Assembly: GCA_012026655.1 (NCBI GenBank)
Contig: JAAILG010000261.1
Coordinates: forward strand, 1 to 64,000
Direction: 5' to 3'
DNA from: Hydrolagus affinis
Lineage: Eukaryota
Length of the DNA: 64,000 nt
The notes beneath the pieces are model-generated. The model saw only the letters and a list, made by a program, of their open reading frames with translations. It did no database searches and was not told the origin of the DNA. The translations under genes were made by a program, and so were the position numbers. Positions 1-13,300 of this stretch are shown in pieces; within the stretch, counting starts at the first letter, position 1, and the number at the start of each line of letters is the position of its first letter.

Positions 1-157
1 TGATCGAACATGATGCCGAGGTTCCTGATTGGCTTCATGAGGTGGAGAGTGCAGCCTTGGATGTTGAGGCTGGCAGGCCCGATGTGCGGAGGCGCTGGCT
101 TGAGCCGATCAGGAGGGCCTCGGTCTTACTCACATTCAATTGCAAGAAATTGTCCCT
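1..157 (-). mobile_element. L2-clade LINE ORF2 fragment fused to a SINE
   Basis: NFLQLNVSKTEALLIG, homologous to the L2 segment near 41800-41980. Confidence 0.85.
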
Positions 158-255
158 CGTCTCAAAGCGCTTCACAGAATACACTGCAAAGTGAATTGAC
201 TGGATATTTATGGGCGAAACGCAGCAGCCAATTGCATACAGCAGTATCCACCCAC
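158..255 (-). mobile_element. SINE body fragment (same family as 54073-54388)
   Basis: Reverse complement of caattggctgctgcgtttcgccca...ctgtgaagcgctttgagacg. Confidence 0.85.
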
Positions 256-257
256 AC

Positions 258-325
258 GTAGGATGACCTCCCGACGTAAAAGGCACTCTATAAATGTAAT
301 TTTGTTGTTTTTGTTTTGTTTTATT
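258..325 (+). mobile_element. L2-type 3' tail
   Basis: cctcccgacgtaaaaggcactctataaatgtaattttgttgtt; similar tails near 600-650, 2550-2615, 8000-8070, 37325-37365, 38505-38555, 51405-51500, 53793-53853. Confidence 0.7.
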
Positions 326-2797
326 ATCAACATGCAGGATGCAGGATTTTCACCAGAGATGCCCAGCTCTTTTTTAAACCAGCAGTGTCGGCTGCATGGA
401 AGTGTTTGTTTAACTGCATGGTAATTATAGTTATCATCTTTGCATTTGGTGTAGTTTCACAGGATTCAATGTTTTTTTGTTGACCAAAAAAAGAGAAGCA
501 AGATAATAATAATGATGATATTAATAATAATAATAATCCTTGGATTTTGATACAAAATAGGTACTGGGGGCAGGGATTCTTCACACTCAGCTACCGCTAC
601 ACTCCTGATGTGAAAGGCGCTATATAAGTGCAATTTTGTTGTTGTTGTTAACTCTGTAAACCCAAACCCTAAGGGGTTGGGTAGTTATATCTGGACAAGC
701 AGCAGGAAAGCTTGCCAGGGCCTTGCTCTCAATGGCAAGTTATGCGGTTTCTACTGGTTAGACTCCCAACAGTACCTGCACTCACACTCCAGAGCTCAAG
801 CCTTGACAGAAGCCAACACTTAATACTCATATGCATTAAAAGTTATTTGATTTTGTTGTTTAAATCTCTTAGTGCTAACATATTCAGGAAGCACACTAGG
901 TGGCAGCAGCAGAATGTTGAAGGTTCAGAACCTCACAGTTATAATGTTTACTACTGTATTTGCATAAGTGTTTGTACCCGCCACCACATTTAAGCATAAA
1001 GCAAAATAATCTTCTTTTGGTTATCTTCAGCTCATTGTTTGTCTCCAAGGGTATTTGAATGATACTAACAGAATCTGGGAAATGGTTCAAGATTACCAAT
1101 TAAGCAGAAAAGAAGCAACTAAAAGGAGATCAAACATTTAATCTTTCCATTGTCGAATAAAATCTATTGTTCTTTAAACCTTGGGCCATGGAAAGGAACT
1201 AAAGGAGAAATTAACTAAAAGTAGACATTGGCTTCATAAAAAGAATTTTCTTTTCCTTATTTGTCTACAACACATAACAGAAATCACATATACAGTATAA
1301 TAAATGCTATGGGGGAGTGAGCAGGATTAGATTGAATGGTTTATATGAAAAAAATGAATAGTGCCATCATTGCGCAGCCATTGTTTGATTTGAAATTTTA
1401 TGAAATGAAATGCATTTCACATAATGTGTCCTTCAAGTAATTGTGGTGAAAGTGAAACCAATTTCCAGCACATTTTCAAAAGCGAGTGCATTCTTTTAAG
1501 ATATTGGGATACATTGTTTGGTAGTAAAGAGTTCAGAATGAAAATACTGGAAAAAAAAACTGCACGACAAAATGCTCTAGAATTTTTGATGTAACGCTAT
1601 TATCACGACCATTCATTCGATCACACAAGTTTAAAACGCGCCCATTTCCTATGCAAATTTGTGCACAGTGTCAAGGTGATGTAACTGCTGACCGTTTTGA
1701 ACCATATTGACAAGGTGTATACAGCCTGTGTTTTGATAGAGAATGTGCACATAGAATGTAAAGAAAAATGATGTGCAGGCTCCACAGCATTTTAAACTAA
1801 AACTCGCGAATACTGAAAAAAAAGTGACGTCGGTGCGGCGTCACAAACAAAAAGAACTAACCTGCGCGACCCCCCCCCTTCACCGTTAACAGCGCATCAC
1901 CTCCAAACAATAGACTAACACACCTCTAACAACAGATCATTAACCCCTCCCCTCAGGGTAGGTGACAATGGCAGGGCTGACTTGGCTTGTCACCCCCTCG
2001 CCATGGCCACACATCCTCTGAGATGATGCCGCCCCGCTGATCCCTTGCTCTCGGCTCCCTGCGTGCGCACTTTGGCTGCCGCCCCGACCCGAGCCTCCCC
2101 CACCACCCTAAATGTCTGTCCTCCCAACCCCTTCTATCCGCTACTCACACCCTGTCCTTCTCTCCCACTTTCCCCCCAGCCTACACCTCCCGCAGAGCCC
2201 CCTTCTGCAACTCTCCCACTCTGCCCTGCTCTCTGCTCTCTTCACCCCCCCACCCCCGCCTCCTATCCCCATTCGACCCTCCCACAGCCTCCCTCTGCTC
2301 CTGCCTGGGAATCCTCCACCGGGCTCACCTGGCACGGCGTTGGCTGTCCAGCAGCAGCCTCACTGACTGCCCCATTCCCCATCACTGCCAGGTTGTCAGG
2401 TTGTAAAAAGCTGTGTTTTGCTGACACCGTCCCAGGGTGTAAAAACAGTACCATAGAAAGTTTGGTGAACTGCAATACAGTTACAGTGTTCTTGAGTTTC
2501 AGTACAGAGCACTGTATCCTCTCCTATGTCAGCTCAGAAGTTACAACTACAAACAACAACAACAAAATTACATTTGTATAGCACCTTTCACGTCGGGAGG
2601 ATGTTCCCAAGGTGCTTTTGCAATTGTTGCCACTTGTCTTGTTTTAAATGGGGAAGATGTTAAAAACATTTAGTCATTTTCTCCCTAATCTAGACTCAAA
2701 TACTATAATTAAATGACGGGTTTAGAAATCAATAAACAATGTTTAAGCGTTCAATTATTTTTGTGGACGAACAGTTGGAGTGATTGTACTGTACAGC

Positions 2798-2960
2798 AAT
2801 AATAATATTCCTTGCATTTGATGTAGCGTCGTCGAGACGTCTTGAAGTGCTTCACAGAATATACCATAAACCGCGTGTTTAGTGAGCGAAACACAGCAGC
2901 CAATTGCGCACAGCAGTGTCCCACAAACAGTCATGGATTCAAGTGACAACATAAATTTTT
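2798..2960 (-). mobile_element. SINE 3' half
   Basis: (AAT)n tail, ccttgcatttga, cagcagccaattgcgcacagcagtgtcccacaaacag. Confidence 0.85.
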
Positions 2961-4349
2961 TGTTGAACCATCAATATTTCTAGTTAAAATATGTAATCTG
3001 CTGGAATTTAGAGCAGCCTGCAGTGAAAACGTTATGCTGGGCCATCATTTGTGTCAAATTCACTTTGCAGCAAATTTTTACAATGTGCACTTTATTATTT
3101 TTAAAATCTGCAACTTTTGTAGCTTTTAATTTAAGTAATTGAGATCAACATCTATTGACTTCCTGTTTCTCTGCAAGGGTAAACCACTTTTAAATTTTGT
3201 GCTTCAAACTAACTGTTTTCAACTTACAAAGTGGTACAGGAAGGATATGGAAGTACCAGTACTTCTGTACAGTGTTCTAGTATTGATCAGTTGTAGCTGA
3301 TAACAATAACAACTTGCATTTATACAAGGACCCTCATGTGGGGCAGTGTCCCAGAGCGCTTAAAAAGTTTGCATAAATGCCAGTGTGGGTAGCCCTAATT
3401 ATATGCATGGTATTTTCATGGCAAAACATTAACGTGAAAATCCCACCATCAATAAAATCCTAATACTTACAGCTGAAAACATGCAAATGGCATTTAATAA
3501 CAAATCTGAAAGCAACTGATAATCTTCAAAATAGAAAAATCACTTCTGATTTATATAAATGTAGCAATTACTAGAATTCAAAAGGCAGGAGTTTAGCATT
3601 CTTTTTTAACAAACAGTATTTTTTCAGTTTCATATACCAGTTGAGCAATATTTGAGTAATAACATTATTCTATTTTATAGATTTATTTTAGGAGTTAAGT
3701 CACTTTCAATTCTACCACAAATATGCAATATGTAAGAAACACATGCAAAGAATATACAGGCTAGAACATGTTTTAATGGTTGAATGACACATTTTCCAAC
3801 TGAGCCAATTTATAGATAATTTAGTGATCCCAATACACTTTAGGTTGAAAAAAAGTGGTAAGTCAAAAATAATTTACAGAAATGCAATACACAGATCTCT
3901 GGCTTCACCTACTGTTGCACTAATTTGCCAGAGTGATAAATCAAAGAATTAATCAATTTCAGTAGCTCTTTCATATATCCAACAGGCCAGCTCAGGATGG
4001 CTTGATCACTGTTCCCACCTTATACTTATATATGAAATAATTAGGGTCCTAAGAAAAGATGAGAATGTTTTTAAAGATCTAAATTTAGGTAAAAAAAATT
4101 ACCTCCTATAGCCCTTTCAGCCGTTTAATACTTTTCACACCACTACAATAATACAATATCAACATATATTGCAAATATTTTAGGGTAGGCAATGTCTAAA
4201 TGTTCAAAACAATCAACCTTAACACAGCAATTTTTTTTAAGCTTCCTCTTATTGAAGCTAGGAGTCACAATTGTTGACCATAATTAGCACACATTATCAA
4301 AGGTAGGAAATCAGCTAAATCTGATAAGAGGTTTTGCAGCTACTTCAGA

Positions 4350-4520
4350 GTTTAATGTGTGATATGGAGCTAAGCCATCCAGATCAAGATGGTCCCATGG
4401 TCCCATGTTTGGCCTCTGGTCTCTTGAATTTTGAATGATCTGAGATGGGTTGACCGAGTAGGACAATTAACTTTAACACCTAGAAAGGAAACAGATAATC
4501 AAAGCTAAGAAAAATAAATC
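4350..4520 (+). mobile_element. Degenerate LF-SINE-like relic
   Basis: gagctaagccatccagatcaagatggtcccatg...tggtctc...tgatctgag resembles the LF-SINE 5' part as I recall it. Confidence 0.35.
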
Positions 4521-6332
4521 ACTCGGTAACTCTGCAAATGTTTAAAGGCATTTGGCAAGCTTTTATTCCTTCATTGGTCAAATGCATAAAACTGGAGACC
4601 ATGTGGTATGCAACTTGCTGCATCAGCATCAAGATCCAGGCCTGAAATCTACATAATCCCTGCTAATTGTAATGGAACCCAGCCAGGCAATGGGGTGGTT
4701 TTATCATGGAAGCAAACCAGGAGACCAAAGCCAGCAAGACTCCAGCTGGCTTGAAACAAAATGTTGCCAAATTTCTCGTCTTCTGAAGGCACTGACTCTT
4801 TGTTGAGAGTGTGTATAGGAGCCAGCAAGCCTCCAGCATCTCCTCCGAATGTACTTTCTTTATGTACAAGGATTGGCAATGAGTGACAGTAGATTATTCA
4901 ATGGGGATGGTGGAGGGGGGTTGGTGGGAAAAAACAATGGGTCAGAGCGTTGCAGTCAATCCTCATCCTGCCTTCGCTTGATATTCACGCACACACACAC
5001 ACATTTTTTTTCAGCAACCAAAAGTAGAATCCCGAGTTCTCTTGCTTTCCCCTCCCCTGCGCAGTGGGTACTCAGGTCAATTATATCAGGGACATTTGCA
5101 ACGCTGGATAAAAATTTTGAACAACATAGATTGAATCTGAAACCTTGCCTAATCTAATCCAAAACATTTACAAATATTCCCGTGTTTAGAGTAAACATCT
5201 TGATGAAACAATCACTGTTCCCTACCCCAATGTAAGTGTCTATATTTTCTGTATTGCATTTTCCTCCAGGCAGCCACCCATGAGAACAATGCTGAGAAGC
5301 ACAGCTCTGAGCCATGAAGAACACAGTAATATGAAGATGGATGAAAATTATTTGTGTCGGTTCCATTGGAGTAAAGAAGCAAAGACTTCAGAACAAAAAA
5401 GAAACAAATCTGTATGGGATTATCTGTGAAATAGAATGATGTTATGTATCATACCTCTTATGCCAAATGAATATCACAAATAGAAATGACTAGTAAAGCT
5501 TACTTTGTGAACTGACTTGCCAGGGTTCTTAATCTATTATGTCTGAAAATTCTCAACCGTTGCGGTACAATAATATAGCAGATTTATAATGGATCCCTCA
5601 CTGATGGTCAGCATTTATTTTTACTTTAAAAGTCAAAAACTAAAGGTAGGGTTAGGGTTAATCCCAACCCTAAATATAGATATATTCCACAAAGAGTATT
5701 AAATTGGAAAGCACAACATTCTTTTACCAATAAATTAAAGTCCACAAGAGTAATGAATTATACTTCAATTCAGGCATTTAAATGAGACAAAGGCTAACAA
5801 ATTGACTTAACCACTTGGGTCATATAGTTACTGATATTTTGTTAAATCGGAACACCATAATTAGCTGAAGAACCTATTCCCAATAGTAATTATAGCGTTT
5901 TACAGTATGAGACCATTGTCCAAAGCTCTCCTAGCTCAGCCATCTGACATTATTGTTGATAAAGCCTTACCTTCAAATTTGTAGCTTTTCCCCTAAGGAT
6001 ATTGTAGACCAAAAATGTTTTAAACATCATGGTGCTGCTTGTGTTTGCTTCCAGATTATCTGTGGTAAACAGGCTCTTATTTGCAGAGCTATGTGAAGTA
6101 AGGAAATTTGCCGAAGGTTTCTCGCCACAAATTGTACCCAGATCCTCACAAGGCGATCATCCTTTCAAGGCGATTGCTCTAACTAGTACACTGCAAGACT
6201 CCACAATACATCAGAACCAGCTTTATGGATCATTATACTGTACTGTGTATAAATGTCTTTAATCTGAGGTTAAAAAAAAGACAAACAATTTAGACAGCAA
6301 TAAGGAGGAGCAAACTTCCAATACCAGCTATT

Positions 6333-6620
6333 GGAGGTTTGTAGCTCAGTGGTTGAGTTTGTTGTTGGTTAGAACATTTGTCTCACAAGCGAGAGACCTG
6401 GGTTCAATTCCCAGGCAGGGCGAAACATTTCATTACTTCATATGCCTCAGTTTACCTAGCAGTAAGTAGGAAGCTAGTTGTTAGTCAATTGGTGGATCAC
6501 TTTTACAGAAGTAATAATCCTTTTAAAAAATAATAATTTGGTCACTCAATCCATGATTGCTTATGGAACACTGCTGTGCACAATTGGCTGTCATGATTCA
6601 CACACAAAATACTGTATTGA
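6333..6620 (+). mobile_element. tRNA-derived SINE, long variant with extra central segment
   Basis: A box tagctcagtgg, B box ggttcaattccc, insert gcctcagtttacctagcagtaagtagg...ggtggatc, then ctgctgtgcacaattggctg. Confidence 0.8.
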
Positions 6621-7899
6621 CAATTCATGTTGATGTATACTTTGGGTTAGTTCAATGGGCAGTAATTTGTCCAATGGCATTCATGCGTAAGGTTATTCAT
6701 TCTGGGCCAGCATTGATGTTTCCATGGGGAACAACACAGATTAGCCTGTTCCTGTCCTCATGTCCACACAATGGTCAAGACTGGTTTGCTTTCCTTTACA
6801 GCAGCAGGTCATTGGAAAGCATTCAACTATCAGAATCCTGTCCAGGAACACCGAAGCCATTTGTAGCACTTGCGTTGTTGTCCAAGCTGAATTCAGTAAA
6901 TGTAACCTAGACCAATGAACGAATCTTGGCCCTCTCAGGCATGTGTGGCTTGATTCTACCAATGATGGCAATAACATTACCATTTGATTTATTGTAGGAG
7001 CCCTTTGATGTACAATCCAAGTACTGCATGTATTCAGAAATAGGATTTGTGTCATTGCATTAAATCCACTCCTACACCTTTAAAATATGTTTAGGCTTAA
7101 CGCGAAGTGTTCTATGACAGGTATGAATTATCACTTGGGACTTTTATGTGAAGGAATGATCGAGTGGGTAATGAAATCCCCAGTCACCTACATAAAATAA
7201 TAGCATTAGTTTTTTTTGTAAATTAAGGTCACATCTTACAATTTTTTTTTAAGCAGCCTCATTCCAGAGTACAGTATAATAAGATTAGGTTTTATGTACA
7301 CAAATCAACACATTGGTTGATTTTATCAAATCAAGTGATGAATTCCATTTAGTGGGAGCATACAGAAGAATAAACTGATGGAGTGCTGAAGCCTTAGTCC
7401 AAGATAGCAACGAATTAGCTCCCAGGATTCATACATGCTAACAAAACAATATTAATTTTTTTTTAGATCTTCCATAATTCAACGAGCAATCTTAATATTG
7501 TTGAGTGTTGGCTACGTGACATATTTGTAGCAACTATATTTTCCTGGCATAGCATTTAATTGTGACAAAGAGCTGGAACAATTGCTTAAAAGCTCAAGAG
7601 TGCCTTCATGACATTCCTACAAACCACTGAATAGTTTTATGCTCGTTTACAACAGTGCAGAACTGTGTACATAACACACCTCTGCACAGTACTATATATT
7701 GCCAACATTCCATTTGTTTTACAATGCAACAGAAAGTGGAATAAAAACTGTGGTTTTAAAAATTTAATTTCTGCACCTAAAAGCCCCCAAATGATTGCAA
7801 CTGACTTTCAATCAATAATGGAAGCAGCTACCATTTTGCAATCCATTCTTGTTATGGTTTTATTGAAAAAAAATACACCATGAATGTCCAAGGATTAAC

Positions 7900-7985
7900 C
7901 GTTCTGCCAAGATACAGTACAATGAATTGGTAGAACAGGCTCAGTAGGTTGAATGGCCTCCTTTTATCCCCATTTCCTGTATTTG
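7900..7985 (+). mobile_element. CR1-like 3' end fragment
   Basis: aacaggctcagtaggttgaatggcctcctt. Confidence 0.5.
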
Positions 7986-8559
7986 TCGGTTTAGCATAAA
8001 TTATAACAACAACCAACAATAACAAAATTACATTTGTATAGCATCTTTCTTGTTGGAGGATGTCCCAAGGTACTGAAAAATCTAATATTTTATAATACAG
8101 CACTGTATTTATAATATCAAAAATGTCACATCACAGCAAGCAAAGGATGTGCACTACGTAGAAGAGTTTGCATAATACAGTGGAAGTTTTCAGCAAAACA
8201 GCATTGAGAACCAAGCAACCAAAATCAGAGACTGTCCTATTTTGCACTAAATATTTCAACAGAATGATGATAAGGTCACACCCATGGGAAATGTAGATTA
8301 TTCATTTTTAGATTTTCCATTCCTCATTACTGAAATTAAATTACTTCCCATATTTGATGGGCAATCTAATTGGGAATCACAAGGGATTGTTGTTCCTATA
8401 AAAATATTTTTGTATTGTATCATGTGATGTCTTTTAATATTACACACTCATCATTATCATTTTTTTTAAACTTGAGAAAAAAAATTCTACGGATCAAAGA
8501 ATCAGTTAAGAGCTGCGCTGTACTAAAAAACAGTTAAGAAAAAAATATTTTACATTGAG

Positions 8560-8730
8560 GTTATTAAAACAGTTTTGGCTGTTGGCTATAACAACATTTC
8601 AGATTGAATTGGATAAATGTTTAAAGAAAAATATTTATATGTTTTGGGGAAAGAGCAGGGCAATGAGATTAGATGGTTCCAGTAGAGAAATTAGCACCAT
8701 TATAGATATGATTGAATGGCCGCCTAAAGT
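8560..8730 (+). mobile_element. CR1-like 3' end fragment
   Basis: ttcagattgaattggataaatg...gggaaagagcaggg...gaatggccgcct. Confidence 0.55.
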
Positions 8731-8861
8731 GGAAACATTCCGTGTACTCAAAACAGCATTTACTTTATGTCTATCAAACTGTTGAAGAAGTACATATTCT
8801 CTCAGCTGCCGAGCACTGTCACTGGCAGGAGCCAGTGATACCTGGAGGTGGGGACAACACA

Positions 8862-8965
8862 GCAAAAAATAATCCTTGCATTTGATGTAGAGCCTTAACA
8901 CATCTTCGAGAGGTCTCTAATTTACTGTGAAGGTAAATGACTGCATATTTTGTGGGGAAAATGGA
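8862..8965 (-). mobile_element. SINE 3' fragment
   Basis: aataatccttgcatttgatgtagagcc...tattttgtgggg. Confidence 0.7.
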
Positions 8966-9789
8966 CAAAGTAATGGGCAAAACAATTGCATAAAAGTTAA
9001 TATACATAATATACATAATACAATATACATAATCAACAGAAATAGGAAATTAATGTGATTGCTTTACAATTATTTGTATTATTCTATCCTGTGTCAATTG
9101 GGTCAGACAACTGTATTCCCTGTATTTGGTACATTAATTGTCATGCAGACCTGCTTATTTGTTTTGCAAAATACTGTATTGAGTTTTGGTGTGGAATATT
9201 TTCATGCATGATATTGTGTTTTTTTTGTAGCCAGGTTTTTTTATTTTGAAGTTGAATTTCGCCACTAATTCATATAGAGCACCTCAAGTGGGAGAAAGCA
9301 ATACCAGCATTTAAATACTATTTTTCTGGAGCCAAAATATTTCCAAGCTCCAAATTGGGCTGTACATTGTCATGTACAGTACTATAAAGGAAGGCCCTAA
9401 TTCAACAAGACCACAGAATTAGATTATGTAAAGGCAGAAATAGCTGTTCAATTATATATTGCGTGAAACACGATTAAAGATAATGGGAAGATGCAATGTA
9501 ATTGCTTAACCTGACACTTGTATAGCAATTAGATTTGCGTGTTGGTGTAATTAAACCAAGTAATTGCAGTAAATGCTGTATTTTGGATACATCCATAATA
9601 GTTTCCAAATCATTAAGACATTACAGAAATAATTAGCTAACAGATATAAAATTTGAAATGTTGAAAAGTTAAAATGTTGAAAATCCATACCATTGAAATG
9701 ATGGGAGCAGTTGCTGCAAAATTACTTGAGCCTTCTAAACTGGTCAAATATGCACAATGAAAATCACAAGATCAGTTCCTTCGACTAAC

Positions 9790-10080
9790 TTGATCTCATT
9801 CTTCCAGAATACCAGTCTCTCCCATCACAGCAATAATGAGTCCAGTGTCCTGGCTTCAACTAAGCTTGGTGGCGTCCTGTTCCAACCATTAATTATTCTC
9901 TGGGTAAAGGAAAATGTCCTGAGATGTGACCTGAAATTGTCCTTTACCATTCTAAACCTGTGTTCTCTTCTACTAGTGCATGCTAAAGTATTGTGCTGTG
10001 ATTACTTTTCAATCCAATTTAACATTGTATACACCTCTATCAGGATTAGTTTGAGACACCTCTCAAGACTAAGGAGCCCT
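9790..10080 (-). mobile_element. Degenerate CR1-like ORF2 3' fragment
   Basis: ttccaaccattaattattctctgggtaaaggaaaatg resembles the reverse complement of the CR1 F.QR.IN.WN segment. Confidence 0.5.
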
Positions 10081-11184
10081 CACCAAAATAAAACACAGAG
10101 GCACAAGGATTGCTTCTTATGGTTCTGTTTGCCATTTATTAATCGATTAGAACTGCAAAACTCATTTACCAAAACCTGATTAGCAATTTGGAGTTGGCAA
10201 TAAACTACCATGAACAAAACATGAGCATGCTAGATTTGTTAGGAGGCATAAATTGTAACTTAACACAGAATTTGCAATAGAGTACATTAATAACTGTCTA
10301 GGAAATATTGATACGATAACAAAAGGAACTAGTGAAAACAATGTGTAATATTGATACACCACTTGAGGGATCTCATTATTGGGAATATATTAATATATGA
10401 AAATCCGTGACAATTAATTTTCCGGCTAATTATTACTAAACATGATAATTGTTATAATCATGATAACGATCAACTAAAACACTTAAGATAACCATGACAA
10501 AGTTTTTTTTATTTTTTAAAACAAAACAAAAGCGATTACATTTCCAGAAACAAATGACTGGATTAATTGCATTCCAAAATATCATCCACACATGGATAAT
10601 TTAAAAATAATTATCATACCGATAAAAAGAATATGACACCACTGTACATTTGTTATAAATTAAAGCTACAGTATCCCTTTTTGCAAATACAATATGTATA
10701 GATTATTCTTCAACCTCAGGCTAATTTATTCAAAACCAAACTCAAATCTGTGTGTACGCTGCTCAGTTCTGTAGCATAGCAGTCAGTAGATTAGTGCAAT
10801 CAAAAAAGTCTCAGGACCGAATAGTTATTTACATTGTTTCAACCAAGAAAGAACAATGAAAGTTTTATAAAAGGCCAAGAAGTAAAGGAATTCTGCAACT
10901 TAAAAACGAGCATCTTATTTATAAAGGCAAAGCAATATTTAAGATGGAACGATACAAAATATTTGTTCAATTGTGCATCTTTTGGTACTCTCCAAAATGT
11001 TATACTTTATATGGGAAAACATTAACATGTATCACATGGGAAACTGTAGGGAACACTCACTGCTCAGTTTGGCTGAATGACTTTGGCTTCCTTGCAACGT
11101 TTTACCAGTTCACTGCAATGTCAACATATGAAAATTATTGGTCACTTAATGCGTTGGGAGTATGCGCTCACTTGAACAAACGTT

Positions 11185-11550
11185 AGTGAGGCTCAAGTGG
11201 AATTATGAAGCTCATTGGTCACTCGTCTCACAAGCGAGAAGACCTGGGTTTGGTTCCCGGGCAGGGTGAAACATTGAGAAAGTTTCCTTACTCCACGCGC
11301 CTCTGTTCATCTGGCAATAAGTAAGAATCCAGTTGTTAAATCAATCGGTGGATCGCTTTTCCGGAGGTAATAATTCCTTCAAAAATAATAATTTGGTCAC
11401 TCAATCAATGACTGGTTCTGGGACACTGCTGTGCACAATTGGCTGCCGCATTTTGGTCGCAAAATACATAGTCAATTCACCTTAGAGTAAATTTGATATG
11501 TCTTGAAGATGTGCCAAGACGCTATATCAAATGTAAGGAATATTATTATA
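11185..11550 (+). mobile_element. tRNA-derived SINE, long variant, near full length
   Basis: gtctcacaagcgaga...ctgggtttggttcccgggcagggtgaaac, central insert, tail cgctatatcaaatgtaaggaatattatta. Confidence 0.85.
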
Positions 11551-13300
11551 TTTGTAGTTTCTTAACACATTGTTGCAATACTTTATGTTAAATTTGTTTG
11601 CCTACAAAACACAGTCACTACACACTTGACAGTACATCCCGTGAAGCGAATTGGGGCATCCTTCAGACATGCAATATGAACTGCAAGGATGATGATTATT
11701 TTAATAATTTATATTGGTGGATAGAAACACTCCACTGAGTAGGTGAGTTGATAATGATCCATATTATGTAATTTACAGTGGAACAGCCACAAAGTTACAT
11801 AATGGTCTGTTTTCAGATCTAGCAAGTGCTGATGAATGATATCAAATGCCAATATTACTGCATAACCTATTTAAACATGGTTCAGACTTGATATAGGTTT
11901 TTTCCATGCTAATCAGAAACACATTACAATAGTTGAGCTCCCATCCTGCTTGACTGCTGATTTGACACCGATCCATTTCAGACCTTTGTCTGTGACTGAA
12001 CTTTAATGAGTGTTAGCCAAAAAGCACATGGGATTCCCCCTTTGATTTACATCTGCCTGGAAAAAATGCCACTCCTTCTCACCTATCTACTGCCCTCTTA
12101 TAACCAACTCCATACACTCCATGATTTGTTTCTCTCAATGAAGTAATCACAAGCATAACAGAAAAATAGAGAGAAAATGCTATCCATCCTCAAGCATCTG
12201 ATATGTCCTGTATACTTTCCCCTTTATTTGCTGTGCTTTTTCCCCTTGCCAAGTTACTTGTAGCATCCTAGATAATTAAGGGACAACTGTTGTGGAGGGG
12301 TATAAACTGGCTGCAAGAGGGTGGAGAGCAGTTCATTTTCATCTTACCCACCAGCTTCAAAATGTATCCCAGGTAAGTTTGGTATTTCATTAGCTACAGA
12401 GGACACTATCAAAGCAAACCAATTTGACCCTGGAACAAAACCTGGGGCATAAATGGGACATAAAATGAGGTGTTACCTCCTTGAATATGGTTGTTGTCAC
12501 TCAGTGACTATATGAATCGATCAGAAGTTTCTTCTCATCATAATTTGGCCTTTTATAAGCACTGCTGCATGCACCATAGTAAAGAAAAAGCAAAATAATT
12601 TAAGTAAAAAACAAGCTGTCTTTTAAAAACAAATACATCAACGTTTTACAGACACAGAACAATATCCATGAGCGCAACAAAGCATTCCACATTAGGTTGC
12701 CCTGGTTATTGTTAATGATAGTACACCACATACATACAAATGATTCAGTTATATATTGCACAGAAAGACAAGCACTTTACAGGGAAGGCTAAGTACTGTA
12801 CTAAATGGCAGTGTACACAGTTGTGTGCTTTCAGATTCATTAGCCTGTTTGCCTGCAGGTTCTAGTAAAGTTTGGATGCACTGTTACCCACAGTTTATTT
12901 TTAAAAAGCAGTATGTTTTGATTATTAAAACACATTCATGCTTGATACAGTCCATGCTTTATATACAAGCTCCCTTTCTGTGTAATTGTGGCACAGCAGA
13001 CAATGGGTACTTTAAATTGCAATAAGCCATTCACAGGCAATGACCAACATAAATAAACAAAACGTTGAAAATCATTTTAAAAGGAAGATTAGAGCTTAAC
13101 CACAGATTGCGTCACCTATTGAATGATTACAAGAGTTTTATACTAAATGCAGGGGGGGGTGGTGGGGAGGGGGAGAAAATGGTACAAGTGTAAATGTCCC
13201 ATATGATATATATTATTATTAAGATTCTGCAAAAGAAAAAAAAGGCTTAAGATTGTTTGGAGCAAGCAAAGTACAATAAAGAGATCAGAATATGAAAGGC

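Noticed and set aside
2045-2581. 178-aa Pro/Ser-rich ORF
   Set aside because: Non-ATG start and a by-product of C-rich low-complexity DNA; no recognisable domain.
5232-5269. gtaagt...ttttcctccag as a 38-nt intron
   Set aside because: Too short for a normal vertebrate spliceosomal intron, and no joined ORF is recognisable.
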